Assembly: GCA_964511305.1 (NCBI GenBank)
Contig: CAZEEU010000001.1
Location: forward strand, 191,378-255,377
From: an uncultured Gammaproteobacteria bacterium
GTDB taxonomy: Bacteria; Patescibacteriota; Microgenomatia; Levybacterales; GWA1-39-11
DNA: 64,000 nucleotides
Reading direction: 5' to 3'
Shown: positions 35,906-44,768 of the stretch, in pieces
Layout of the letters: every line of letters starts with the position of its first letter
Position numbering within the stretch: the first letter of the stretch is position 1
Made by a program: the position numbers and the translations under genes
The notes under the pieces: generated by a model
What the model was told of the DNA's origin: nothing
The model's database searches: none
The model's input: only the letters and a program-made list of their open reading frames with translations

Positions 35906-37345
35906 TTACCACAATGTAACCCAATATTCGTTAATTACAAGCACTAATAATACCTGCGCTAGGGAAAGAAATATAAATTCATTTCTTGAGAAATTTAAAT
36001 ACTTTTTACTAGTTATGAAATTTGCGACAGGTAACAAAAAAAACGGCATAAAAGGAATCCATATCCTACCTACCTCTCCTCTTACAGAACCTGATAAGTC
36101 AAGCATTAGAATCATAATAAAAGTACCAAGAAAAATAGGATCAATATCCTTAAAATTCTTTTTCAAATTAACAAATGTTCTGCATAGCATATACATATAT
36201 ATGACACTTACGCCGATTCCTAAGAAGATAAAAAAGTCGTAGAGGTTATACAGTACCCATGGATAGTAATGCCTATTTTCCGGTAACCCAGACATAATTG
36301 TCATAAAAACTTGGATGGAATTAAATCCTACAAAGCCGAGTGCTATAGGGATAACAAGGAGCCCAAGAACAAAAAACAATAGGGAGCCAGCAGCCTTTTT
36401 TGCACCCCTTAGCATTGATGAGACACCATAGACGATAAAAATTAAAAGCATTGGCAAAAGCGAAAGACTAAAGAAAAGACCTACAGAGAATAGTAATCCT
36501 GCAAAAATAAAGAGTATTCTGCTACTTTTATCTATAGCTGTTATAAAAAGCCAAAAAGAAAATAAGGGAAATAATGATATAAAAACATCATTAATGGGAA
36601 TAAATAGTACTATCCCAGGGATGAATAAATATAAAAAAGAAGTCCTTAAAGCCACATTTTGCCCATATAATTTTTTGGAAATTTTATAAAGCGGAACGAT
36701 ATTTAACGCCGATAGAAATGGAATAAATATTGTTGAGAAAAGCGCGCCAAGTTTTTCATTTGGCAAAAGCTTATACCATGTCTCAAATACGTCACCGCGA
36801 GCAGGATTTATTTTTTCAATAATTTCATAAAGGAACGGCATTGATAAAAAGAATTTATTTATGATCCAAAAGAAAAGAATTGAGAATGGAGGATGCCCTT
36901 GCGCATGTTGATCGAGTTTTAAAACTAACCCGTTGAAGTTCTTAAAAAAATTGCCAACTTGTTCTATATCAAGACTTGATGAAAAATACCCATTTAAATC
37001 TGGGTTAATAATTCGATGAACCAGTACCCCGATCCCCGCTCTATTGAAGAACAACACAGCGAATTGAAAAAGAACGCACAAAAAAATTATTGTAAGAATT
37101 ACAAATTTTTCATTTTTTGCAAACCATGACGCTTTTTTAAAATCTATTTTTTTATATAGATATAGCGATAGGAAAGAGACAAGAAGAGGTACCCAAATTT
37201 TTGGGTATGTATTTACAAAAAGATAGTCCCATCTCCAATCGGGCGGATATGGAGCTGGGCCTCGAAGGTAAGGTGTTATGTCTGAGCCCACACAAAGGCA
37301 GAAAAATAATGTCAGGCAGATGATAAATACAAGAATATTTCTCAT
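35906..37345 (-). CDS. Polytopic membrane protein, GT-C/PMT glycosyltransferase-like
   Basis: HAQGHPP, about 11 TM, GEVGRIWIPF. Confidence 0.65.
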   Translation of the reverse strand: MRNILVFIICLTLFFCLCVGSDITPYLRGPAPYPPDWRWDYLFVNTYPKIWVPLLVSFLSLYLYKKIDFKKASWFAKNEKFVILTIIFLCVLFQFAVLFFNRAGIGVLVHRIINPDLNGYFSSSLDIEQVGNFFKNFNGLVLKLDQHAQGHPPFSILFFWIINKFFLSMPFLYEIIEKINPARGDVFETWYKLLPNEKLGALFSTIFIPFLSALNIVPLYKISKKLYGQNVALRTSFLYLFIPGIVLFIPINDVFISLFPLFSFWLFITAIDKSSRILFIFAGLLFSVGLFFSLSLLPMLLIFIVYGVSSMLRGAKKAAGSLLFFVLGLLVIPIALGFVGFNSIQVFMTIMSGLPENRHYYPWVLYNLYDFFIFLGIGVSVIYMYMLCRTFVNLKKNFKDIDPIFLGTFIMILMLDLSGSVRGEVGRIWIPFMPFFLLPVANFITSKKYLNFSRNEFIFLSLAQVLLVLVINEYWVTLW

Positions 37346-37396
37346 CGATTGCCTTCGATTATATACGATGATGGCCTACCGAATACACAGGAGAGT

Positions 37397-39328
37397 TCAA
37401 GAATATATGTTAAGAAAGTCTATCGTTCTTTTCTGATCTCTTAAAGCTTTTAGCGCCCCTCCTTCAACATCAATCAGAATGCTTTCTAAAATTTCAGGCT
37501 TTTCGATAAGTGGTATATTTTTTATTGATTTTTTTGCTTTTTGTACATGTGTCAATATTTCCTCGCATGTTCCTAATATAACGTCGTACCAAAATATTTC
37601 ATTTAGTTCCTCTATCAGAACTTCGATTGAAGTAACAATATAGACAGGCTTCTTTTCTAAAAGCTTGGATAAAAGTCTGGTTACTACCGGTGTTAGATGA
37701 CCATTCTTAAGATCCTCTTGCCAATCATGAGCATCATCATTAAGTTGTTTGGCAATAAGGTATGACTTAAAAAATTTTTCAAGATTCTTCACTTCAGGAG
37801 ATAAATCATAAAAACCTAAAGAATATAGAAGAGCGATAGAACCTAAAGCATGACCAAAAGAACGTGCAGAAAGTTTTTCTAAATTTCCCCAGTCGGGCAG
37901 CTGTATATCTTTTAGGTTGTCTGATTTTTTTATTCTATTGCGTGCCATAGTTACTTCCCACGTATTGGCAGAATCGATCATATCCATTACATCATGTGCA
38001 TAATTTACAAATCCGGTTCCTGGAAGAATTGACTCAAAAACACCAGTAACTTCTCTCAGTGCTACATTGGCAACAGAAAGTTTTGCCACATCCCCCTCCT
38101 CATCTAAAAAGTCGTCATATATCGTGTATGCTATCCAGCCGTACAAATTGACAGCACCTAGTGCTGTCAGAAGCTCGTCTCCAATTCTTGATCCGTTGTT
38201 ACCTAATGCCTGACTAAAAAAGAAAGGAGTAAGCGTAATATGACATGCTTCGTCCCCGGCTTTTACTTTATCAATAGTCTCAATCGCTTGATCCTGCAGA
38301 TTTCTGCCGGTTCTTGAATATCTTTTCTTGACTTGTCCTAAGACACTTCTGTCTAGCTCTATTTTCCTTGTTTCTAAGTTTTTTCCTGGCGATGACAAAG
38401 CGTATCGCTGATATTCTGAGAGTGCCTGCAAGCAAAAAGCGCTAGTGAGAGCATCACTTCCCGCAAAATAGCTTCTATCTCTCTTTGGATTAACTCCCAC
38501 ATAAAATGAGCATGCCTCCCACTTATTATCTTTTTGATCTTTGATAATTCTGTCTACATATTTTTTTACCTCTTCCCTTCTTTCATTAAAGTTAATAAGC
38601 GAAAGAGACACTAACGCGTTTTCAAGAGAATTCTTTGGGTTACTTTCTTTTAAAATTTTTATCAACTTACTTTTATATTGACCTTTATAGAATCTGGAGA
38701 TGAAATACAATGAAGGAAAATCCGTTGGATAATAGGGAGAAGATATATTTCCTTTTTCAATTTCTTCTTCCAAGAATTGAATCTGTTTCGGAAGACTAAT
38801 ATCTAAAAGTGAAAGAAAATAAGCAATATTTGCATTCACTGCAAAGTCTATATCCAACCATTCTTTTTTTGCCGTAGATTCTACTAACCATGTTCTATAA
38901 GGTCCACCCTCCTCAACCTCAAGAGTGGTTAGTAATGAAATTGTCTTTCCAAGTGCGATACCATCTAGTATTTTTGGGTCAAACAAATGAAGTGCAGCTA
39001 GAGCACAAAATGTATCATCTAAATCGTCAGGATAAGGTATATTTTTATATTGATCAGAATTTCGATCCCAATAATTAAAAGACCAATCTTTGCTTTTCTG
39101 CGAAAGTAAAAAAGAGACTGCTTTCTCCTTTACCTCTTGCAGGCCCTCAAATTCCTCGAGAGAAATCAAGCTTGACAATATCAGAGTTGTAGAAAAAACA
39201 GACGGAAAAATAATTGCTTTACTAAAATTATTTTCCTCTGGGGAAGAGAGGCTTAGAAAAGACCCATTTTGTTGCTGTGACTTTGCAAGAAAGGCAATTC
39301 CTGAAGCAATTGTTGATTCTATAGACAT
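37397..39328 (-). CDS. Fusion of a class II terpene cyclase/prenyltransferase-like domain and a class I isoprenoid-synthase (ComQ-like) domain
   Basis: QW-like repeats (FLAKSQQQNGSF, FLLSQKSKDWSF), DxDD motif PDDLDDT; C-terminal YDDFLD (DDxxD) and QLNDDAHDWQEDL. Confidence 0.75.
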   Translation of the reverse strand: MSIESTIASGIAFLAKSQQQNGSFLSLSSPEENNFSKAIIFPSVFSTTLILSSLISLEEFEGLQEVKEKAVSFLLSQKSKDWSFNYWDRNSDQYKNIPYPDDLDDTFCALAALHLFDPKILDGIALGKTISLLTTLEVEEGGPYRTWLVESTAKKEWLDIDFAVNANIAYFLSLLDISLPKQIQFLEEEIEKGNISSPYYPTDFPSLYFISRFYKGQYKSKLIKILKESNPKNSLENALVSLSLINFNERREEVKKYVDRIIKDQKDNKWEACSFYVGVNPKRDRSYFAGSDALTSAFCLQALSEYQRYALSSPGKNLETRKIELDRSVLGQVKKRYSRTGRNLQDQAIETIDKVKAGDEACHITLTPFFFSQALGNNGSRIGDELLTALGAVNLYGWIAYTIYDDFLDEEGDVAKLSVANVALREVTGVFESILPGTGFVNYAHDVMDMIDSANTWEVTMARNRIKKSDNLKDIQLPDWGNLEKLSARSFGHALGSIALLYSLGFYDLSPEVKNLEKFFKSYLIAKQLNDDAHDWQEDLKNGHLTPVVTRLLSKLLEKKPVYIVTSIEVLIEELNEIFWYDVILGTCEEILTHVQKAKKSIKNIPLIEKPEILESILIDVEGGALKALRDQKRTIDFLNIYS

Positions 39329-39379
39329 TGGAAAATTACAGTAACTATATTATTAACAAAAGATTAAATATTTCTTAAA

Positions 39380-39505
39380 TTTCTGAATCTTAAAGACTAT
39401 CAGAAATTCAAGAAATATTTGGGAATACCTTAAATATTTGTTAACTTTCTGAATCTTAAAGACTATCAGAAATTCAAGAAATATTTGGGAATACCTTAAA
39501 TATTT
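39380..39505. repeat. Perfect 60-bp direct repeat (period 66) upstream of the prenyltransferase gene
   Basis: TTTCTGAATCTTAAAGAC...GGGAATACCTTAAATATTT at 39380-39439 and 39446-39505. Confidence 0.92.
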
Positions 39506-39523
39506 ACTAAATTCATTAAATAT

Positions 39524-40912
39524 CTAATTTTTCTGTATGGGTAATATGACGGTAAAAATCGTCCCCTCAGACTTTGAAGACTCAACCTTTATGCTTCCAT
39601 GCATTCCATTTTCTACAATATCTTTTGCAATAGAGAGCCCAATGCCGGTTCCTCTTGCAAAACTCTTTGTTGTAAAAAGTGGCTCAAAAACCTTATCGAG
39701 ATTTTCTGGGGAAATACCACAGCCCCGATCACACACAACAAGCTCCACACTATTATCTTTTTTCAAGATCTGTATAACAATATCCCGTCGCTTCGTTCTT
39801 GTTCCTGCATAAGAATCAATAGCATTAGAAACTAAATTAAGAATCAGCTGGCTATATTTAAATGGGTTACCTTTAAGGATTACGTCCTTTTCGCGAACAA
39901 AAGAAATTTTTACTTTTTGCTCTTTAGCTTTATGTTCTAGCATGTGAAGACTTTGCGCTGTTTCTTTTACCAATGAGAACTTTAAATTAACGTCTCTATT
40001 TTGTATTTGCTTTCTTGCTGCTTCTATAAATTCTTCGAGTCTTCTTGTTCCTACTATTGCCCGCTCAAGCGCTATCTTTATTTCCGATAGTTCTTTTACG
40101 TCCTTTTTATTTGAATTGATGCTTCTTAAATTGAGAGAAACAATTGTGAGAGGGTTAACAAGATCATGGAAAAGCCCTGAAGAAAGTTTGCCAAATTCCG
40201 CAAACCTGTAAAGTTGAGAAATCTTTTCTGTCTGGACAGCTTTTAGTTGTGCTGTTCTTTGTTCTACTGTTATTTCCAGTTTGTCGCGCTCCTTTTTAAG
40301 AGCCTTTTCCGAACGTCTTGCTCGTTTTAGTGCCTTTTGTAAATCACGATTAAATAACCAGGTAATTGTTGAGATGATAAGAAGAATAATTGCATTGACA
40401 ATAGTATCTGACAATTTTATGGGGTCTTGCTTCCAATAACTATGCGGAGAATAAATTGAGCTAGCCTCCATATACGTTACTGTAATTAAGACAGCCGAGC
40501 TAATAGCAGTAAAAAGAAAAGCACGCTTACTGTCCAAAAGAACGCCTGCCATTGTGATAATCAGTGCGAAAAGCAAAAGCATAATTGCAGTATCAGCACC
40601 CCAGTAATAGGTCCTGTATGCAGCGATAACAAATAAACTAAAAAGGAGAATATAAGTGGACAGCTTACCCTGCCCCACTCGTGAAAGGAAATATAGAAAA
40701 GCTACAAAGCCAAAAAATACAGCAACAACTATAGTTACTTCCCCACCTTTACTTGTTGGATATATTAATGGCTGGAGTAAATTCATTGCTAAGGCAGCAA
40801 TGGATAAAAGCAATAACGCGAAAAGAATTATATTTAGAATAAATTCTCGTCGTGCTCTATCTTTATCTTTGCTGCCCGAGACAATAAAACGGGTAATGAA
40901 TAAGTTCAACAT
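39524..40912 (-). CDS. Membrane sensor histidine kinase (about 6 TM, HisKA + HATPase)
   Basis: GLFHDLVNPL H-box, NLVSNAID, DRGCGI, FEPLFTTK and GTGIGLSI. Confidence 0.95.
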   Translation of the reverse strand: MLNLFITRFIVSGSKDKDRARREFILNIILFALLLLSIAALAMNLLQPLIYPTSKGGEVTIVVAVFFGFVAFLYFLSRVGQGKLSTYILLFSLFVIAAYRTYYWGADTAIMLLLFALIITMAGVLLDSKRAFLFTAISSAVLITVTYMEASSIYSPHSYWKQDPIKLSDTIVNAIILLIISTITWLFNRDLQKALKRARRSEKALKKERDKLEITVEQRTAQLKAVQTEKISQLYRFAEFGKLSSGLFHDLVNPLTIVSLNLRSINSNKKDVKELSEIKIALERAIVGTRRLEEFIEAARKQIQNRDVNLKFSLVKETAQSLHMLEHKAKEQKVKISFVREKDVILKGNPFKYSQLILNLVSNAIDSYAGTRTKRRDIVIQILKKDNSVELVVCDRGCGISPENLDKVFEPLFTTKSFARGTGIGLSIAKDIVENGMHGSIKVESSKSEGTIFTVILPIQKN

Positions 40913-40974
40913 TTTGAAATTAAGCTATTCTCAAAATCAATGAGCTTATTATATCCATTCTTACATTACTTTGT

Positions 40975-41088
40975 TCAAGCAACAGTCCAAACTAAAGTAT
41001 CAGCAGTACTTGAGAGTGCTGCTTTCTTTAAATTCGACTTTTTTCTTGACGATTTTTTTGTCAAAACTTCTGTAAGAAAAGCGTTCAT
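40975..41088 (-). CDS. Unannotated 37-aa peptide, candidate ComX-like pheromone precursor
   Basis: RBS AAAGGAGGTGA 5 nt before ATG; MNAFLTEVLTKKSSRKKSNLKKAALSSTADTLVWTVA*; lies between the RR and HK on the same strand. Confidence 0.72.
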   Translation of the reverse strand: MNAFLTEVLTKKSSRKKSNLKKAALSSTADTLVWTVA

Positions 41089-41132
41089 GGCAATCACCTC
41101 CTTTCTTTTATTTCAAACTTAGCAATTAAGCT

Positions 41133-41801
41133 TTAAGCTTCAATTTTGTACCCGATTCCGTGTACGGTTTTGATTAGTTTCTTTTTATAGGGTTTATCTA
41201 ATTGATCCCTTAAGTACTTAATATGAACATCTACGATGTTTGTGAGAGAATCCGTATCGCTTTCCCACAGATGGTCGAGGATCATATCCCTCGTCATAAC
41301 CCTTCCCTCATTTCTAATAAGATATTCAAGCAGACTAAATTCTTTCCGTCTTAATGGAATAACGGTTTTACCACGGGCCACTTTTCTTTTTTCAAGATCA
41401 AGCGTTAAGTCTCCTACTGATAGTGTGTTTGCTGCAAAACCACTTTTCTGACGACGCAAAAGAGCCCTAATGCGGGCTATCAATTCCTCTGCATAAAAGG
41501 GTTTTGTGATGTAGTCATCAGCCCCACAATTGAGGGCTCGTACTTTATTCTCCAATTCTGCTTTCCCAGACAGAACCAATATTGGCATTGTGTAGTTGTT
41601 ATCCCTTATTTTTCTACAAATTTCTATACCGTTCCCATCGCCAAGAAGAACATCAAGAATCACGAGATCGTAATCATTGGAATACACTATCGATTCTCCC
41701 TCTGCTCCACTTGAACAAGTCTCGACAGTAAAGAAACCAGAGAGAAGGTCTTTAACTGTACTTGCCATCTGTAAATCATCATCTACTAATAGTATCTTCA
41801 T
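41133..41801 (-). CDS. OmpR/PhoB family response regulator
   Basis: KILLVDDD, DLVILDVLL, GADDYITKPF, wHTH (KEFSLLEYL...TVHGIGY). Confidence 0.96.
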   Translation of the reverse strand: MKILLVDDDLQMASTVKDLLSGFFTVETCSSGAEGESIVYSNDYDLVILDVLLGDGNGIEICRKIRDNNYTMPILVLSGKAELENKVRALNCGADDYITKPFYAEELIARIRALLRRQKSGFAANTLSVGDLTLDLEKRKVARGKTVIPLRRKEFSLLEYLIRNEGRVMTRDMILDHLWESDTDSLTNIVDVHIKYLRDQLDKPYKKKLIKTVHGIGYKIEA

Positions 41802-41829
41802 CTTGTGATAACAACGTAGAACACAATTA

Positions 41830-41938
41830 TTAAAAATTTATTAAATTTCTTAGCCTCTGTCTTAAAAAATTATTAACTTCTTGGAAGTTAGCTTCAAAGA
41901 AGTCTACTTTTCTAATCAGTTAGTTAAAGAAAAGTTAA
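41830..41938 (-). promoter_or_regulatory. Candidate OmpR-type binding sites: TTAA pairs with 11-bp period
   Basis: TTAA at 41830/41841, 41862/41873 and 41924/41935; same spacing at 39353/39364/39375 and 39430/39441. Confidence 0.35.
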
Positions 41939-42086
41939 ATTTTTTGGGTATAGCTTCAAGAAAAAATTCAAATCTCTTCATATATTAGGGCGGTTAGGCA
42001 CAAACTACAAGGATGAAATTTTAGTTTGATATAATTTATTCATGAGTGAAATTGAAGAACTTAACACTCCCTTATTTTAAGAATTT

Positions 42087-43007
42087 TTGGGAAAAACACT
42101 TGTACAAGAGCTAGGGTGGTATACTGCATCTGTGGGAAAGAAAACATTTGTAGTAATTCTTTATGTTATCTTACTGCTTACAATACCAATTCTGATTTAT
42201 ATAGTAAATCTTCATAAAGCCGATACCGCTCAGTCTCCAAAAGCCCCAAAAAAATCCGCAGTCTTTTCAGTACACCCAACTCCAACTCCTTATATATTTA
42301 CCTCATATAACCCTCCGAAAATAGCTCAAAAGGATGTGTATAAAATAGCCATGATTGGAGACTCTATGACAGCAGCACTAGGACCACATGGTGGAGGCAT
42401 GAGTGAATACATGAATGATTTATATAAAAGTGGCAAGAACAATCAAAGGATTATCATTGATAACTATGCTATCTCAAGCAATATATTGGCTGTTGATAAC
42501 CAGCTTGACCAAAGAACCAGAATAAGTGAGTATATTTTTGGACCATTGATGTCTACCGACTACGATGCAATCCTCATTGAATCATTTGGATACAATCCAC
42601 TTTCTCAATTCGGTATCGAGGAAGGAATAAAAAAACAAAATGAAACACTGGACAAACTTATGGAAAAACTTATTACCAAAAGGCCAAATGCTGTTGTGAT
42701 ATTTATTGCAACAATCGCTCCTAATATTGCGAATTTTGGTAGATCAACCCAAGTAACAAATACGTCAGAGGACAGAAAAAAACAAGCAGAAGAACGAATT
42801 GCATATCTTAAAAACCATATCGAATATGCAATAAAACACGGAATGCCTCTAGTAAATATTTACGAGAAATCTCTTACTGCCAATGGTGATGGTAACTTAA
42901 AGTATATAAATGCCAATGATGATATACATCCGTCCTTCGCCGGCATTACATTTATAGGAGAAGAAGCAGGAAATTATATTTATGATACTAAAATTCTAAT
43001 TCCTTAA
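42087..43007 (+). CDS. Membrane-anchored SGNH/GDSL hydrolase
   Basis: IAMIGDSMT, FGYN and DDIHPS. Confidence 0.82.
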   Translation: MGKTLVQELGWYTASVGKKTFVVILYVILLLTIPILIYIVNLHKADTAQSPKAPKKSAVFSVHPTPTPYIFTSYNPPKIAQKDVYKIAMIGDSMTAALGPHGGGMSEYMNDLYKSGKNNQRIIIDNYAISSNILAVDNQLDQRTRISEYIFGPLMSTDYDAILIESFGYNPLSQFGIEEGIKKQNETLDKLMEKLITKRPNAVVIFIATIAPNIANFGRSTQVTNTSEDRKKQAEERIAYLKNHIEYAIKHGMPLVNIYEKSLTANGDGNLKYINANDDIHPSFAGITFIGEEAGNYIYDTKILIP

Positions 43008-43008
43008 T

Positions 43009-43539
43009 TTATTTTGGGAGTGTAAATAACAAAGGACACATTTTTATTTGATTTTTCAAATCGGATATTGCCTCTATTAACGTGTTGCTAGCAACCCTCT
43101 TTCTTACCCCATCCCACGGGTCAATAATAGTGAAGAAATTTCCAATCTTTTTTTCAATAACTATGAAGTGAGAAGCATGCGAATAATCACCAAATGCATG
43201 AATATCTATATGACAAATAATAGGGCTTTTTAAGATTAGTTGCTCAATTAAAGTTTGTGTAATTTTCTCAGGAATTACTTTGATCCGACTTTCTTCTTTG
43301 AACGAATTACTAAGCGCAGCACCGAAATACTTATTATCAACGTAAATTTCTACTTTTTTATCAAAACTTTTTACTGACTCCATAGTGATACCACTTACAT
43401 AAAATGGGTACTTTCTTTTTGAACCTCGAAGTGCCATTTGCTCTTCGTCCTCTTCTGTAAACTTCTTATCCTGAAGCATCAAAAAACATGCGGCCAGGCA
43501 ACTATGAGAAAGCGTTTGCTTATAAGGGGTGATACTCAT
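43009..43539 (-). CDS. C39-like cysteine peptidase
   Basis: YKQTLSHSCLAAC, HFIVI and IIDPW. Confidence 0.75.
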   Translation of the reverse strand: MSITPYKQTLSHSCLAACFLMLQDKKFTEEDEEQMALRGSKRKYPFYVSGITMESVKSFDKKVEIYVDNKYFGAALSNSFKEESRIKVIPEKITQTLIEQLILKSPIICHIDIHAFGDYSHASHFIVIEKKIGNFFTIIDPWDGVRKRVASNTLIEAISDLKNQIKMCPLLFTLPK

Positions 43540-43592
43540 AACTGAATTGTAGAATTTATATATTTATATACAAGAGGTAAGATATGTGCTAT

Positions 43593-43612
43593 ACTTAACT
43601 TATTAGTTAAGT
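43593..43612. promoter_or_regulatory. Palindromic operator of the ArsR-family gene
   Basis: ACTTAACT-TATT-AGTTAAGT overlapping TATACT, just before the ATG. Confidence 0.7.
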
Positions 43613-43615
43613 GTT

Positions 43616-43981
43616 ATGTCAAAATTTAATGAATCAAAAGACCTAGATCTTATTTTCCAAGCGCTCGGTAACAAGCATCGACGTGAAATAATATACTCAC
43701 TTGGGCTACAACCTCACTCAATTAGCAAACTTGCGTCGCTGAGAGGTCTTTCACTTCCCGCAATTCATAAGCATATAAAAATTCTTTCGGATGCAGACCT
43801 TATATTAACCAAAAAAATTGGAAGAATTAATTTCCTTGCCTTAAATAAGAAAACAGTCCTCAAACTCCAAGAATGGCTTATGCAATATCATGCTTATTGG
43901 GGCAATAATAATGATTCTTTTGAAAATTACACTGAATATTTATCGAAAGAAAGCAACACGAAGGGAGGTGAATCTAAATGA
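43616..43981 (+). CDS. ArsR/SmtB family transcriptional regulator
   Basis: LDLIFQALGNKHRREII...SLPAIHKHIKILSDADLI..KKIGR. Confidence 0.9.
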   Translation: MSKFNESKDLDLIFQALGNKHRREIIYSLGLQPHSISKLASLRGLSLPAIHKHIKILSDADLILTKKIGRINFLALNKKTVLKLQEWLMQYHAYWGNNNDSFENYTEYLSKESNTKGGESK

Positions 43982-44268
43982 AAAAATTTGTACTTTTATA
44001 TGTAGGAACATCAGAAATGTCTGAAGAGATTATGACCGGATGGACTAAATGGTTTGAGGTACTTGGGGATCGAGTTGTTGATGGTGGAAATCCTTTTGGG
44101 GAAGGACACGAAATAACAAAAACTGATTCGAAAACCTTGCCTTTTGGAACACAAGCGATTGCTGGATACACAATCATCAATGCTAAAAATATTGAGGAAG
44201 TGGAAGGGCTTTTGAAAGATTGTCCAATAATAACGAGCGTTAAGGTGTACGAGGCAATGCCTATGTAA
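43978..44268 (+). CDS. YCII-related protein
   Basis: MKKFVLLY..W..WF..LGD.VVDGGNPF..GYTIINA...CP. Confidence 0.78.
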   Translation: MKKFVLLYVGTSEMSEEIMTGWTKWFEVLGDRVVDGGNPFGEGHEITKTDSKTLPFGTQAIAGYTIINAKNIEEVEGLLKDCPIITSVKVYEAMPM

Positions 44269-44282
44269 TCTTTTTAAGCATC

Positions 44283-44323
44283 AAAAGAGGTTGTTCTATT
44301 TATTTATAGACACCTCTTTTTTT
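44283..44323 (+). terminator. Intrinsic terminator
   Basis: AAAAGAGGT...ACCTCTTTTTTT hairpin plus U tract. Confidence 0.7.
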
Positions 44324-44356
44324 GTGATCTTTACTTAATAGGAGTATACTAGTCAT

Positions 44357-44740
44357 ATGATAGGTTTTGTCGACAACATAGAAGATCTTACACTTTCAAA
44401 TGACAACTTCAGAAAAGTTATTTATACGGGCCAATATGCACAACTAGTTCTGATGTCATTACTCCCAAGCGAGGACATTGGGATGGAAGTTCATCCTACA
44501 ACAGACCAATTTCTCAGAATCGAAAGGGGAGAAGGAAAGGTCGTTATGAATGGTGAGGAGCATTTAGTAAAAGATGGAAGCGCAATTATCGTACCTGCAG
44601 GAACAGAACATAATGTTATAAATACTTCATCAGAGAATTCCATGAAATTATATACCGTGTATTCACCGTCTCATCATAAAGATGGAACGGTACATAAAAC
44701 CAAAAAAGAAGCTGAAGCTGATACTGAAGATCATCTGTAG
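44357..44740 (+). CDS. Cupin domain protein (paralog of 10521..10886)
   Basis: NFRKVIYTG, IGMEVH..TDQF, HNVIN and KLYTVYSP. Confidence 0.9.
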   Translation: MIGFVDNIEDLTLSNDNFRKVIYTGQYAQLVLMSLLPSEDIGMEVHPTTDQFLRIERGEGKVVMNGEEHLVKDGSAIIVPAGTEHNVINTSSENSMKLYTVYSPSHHKDGTVHKTKKEAEADTEDHL

Positions 44741-44768
44741 ATTGCCCCATTTTCACTTTTTCTGATAC

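Noticed and set aside
39380-39505. Possible CRISPR array
   Set aside because: Only two 60-bp units with a 6-bp gap, no unique spacers and no cas genes.
40940-41122. 60-aa plus-strand ORF in the ORF track
   Set aside because: Antisense shadow; the minus-strand 37-aa ORF has the RBS and matches operon orientation.
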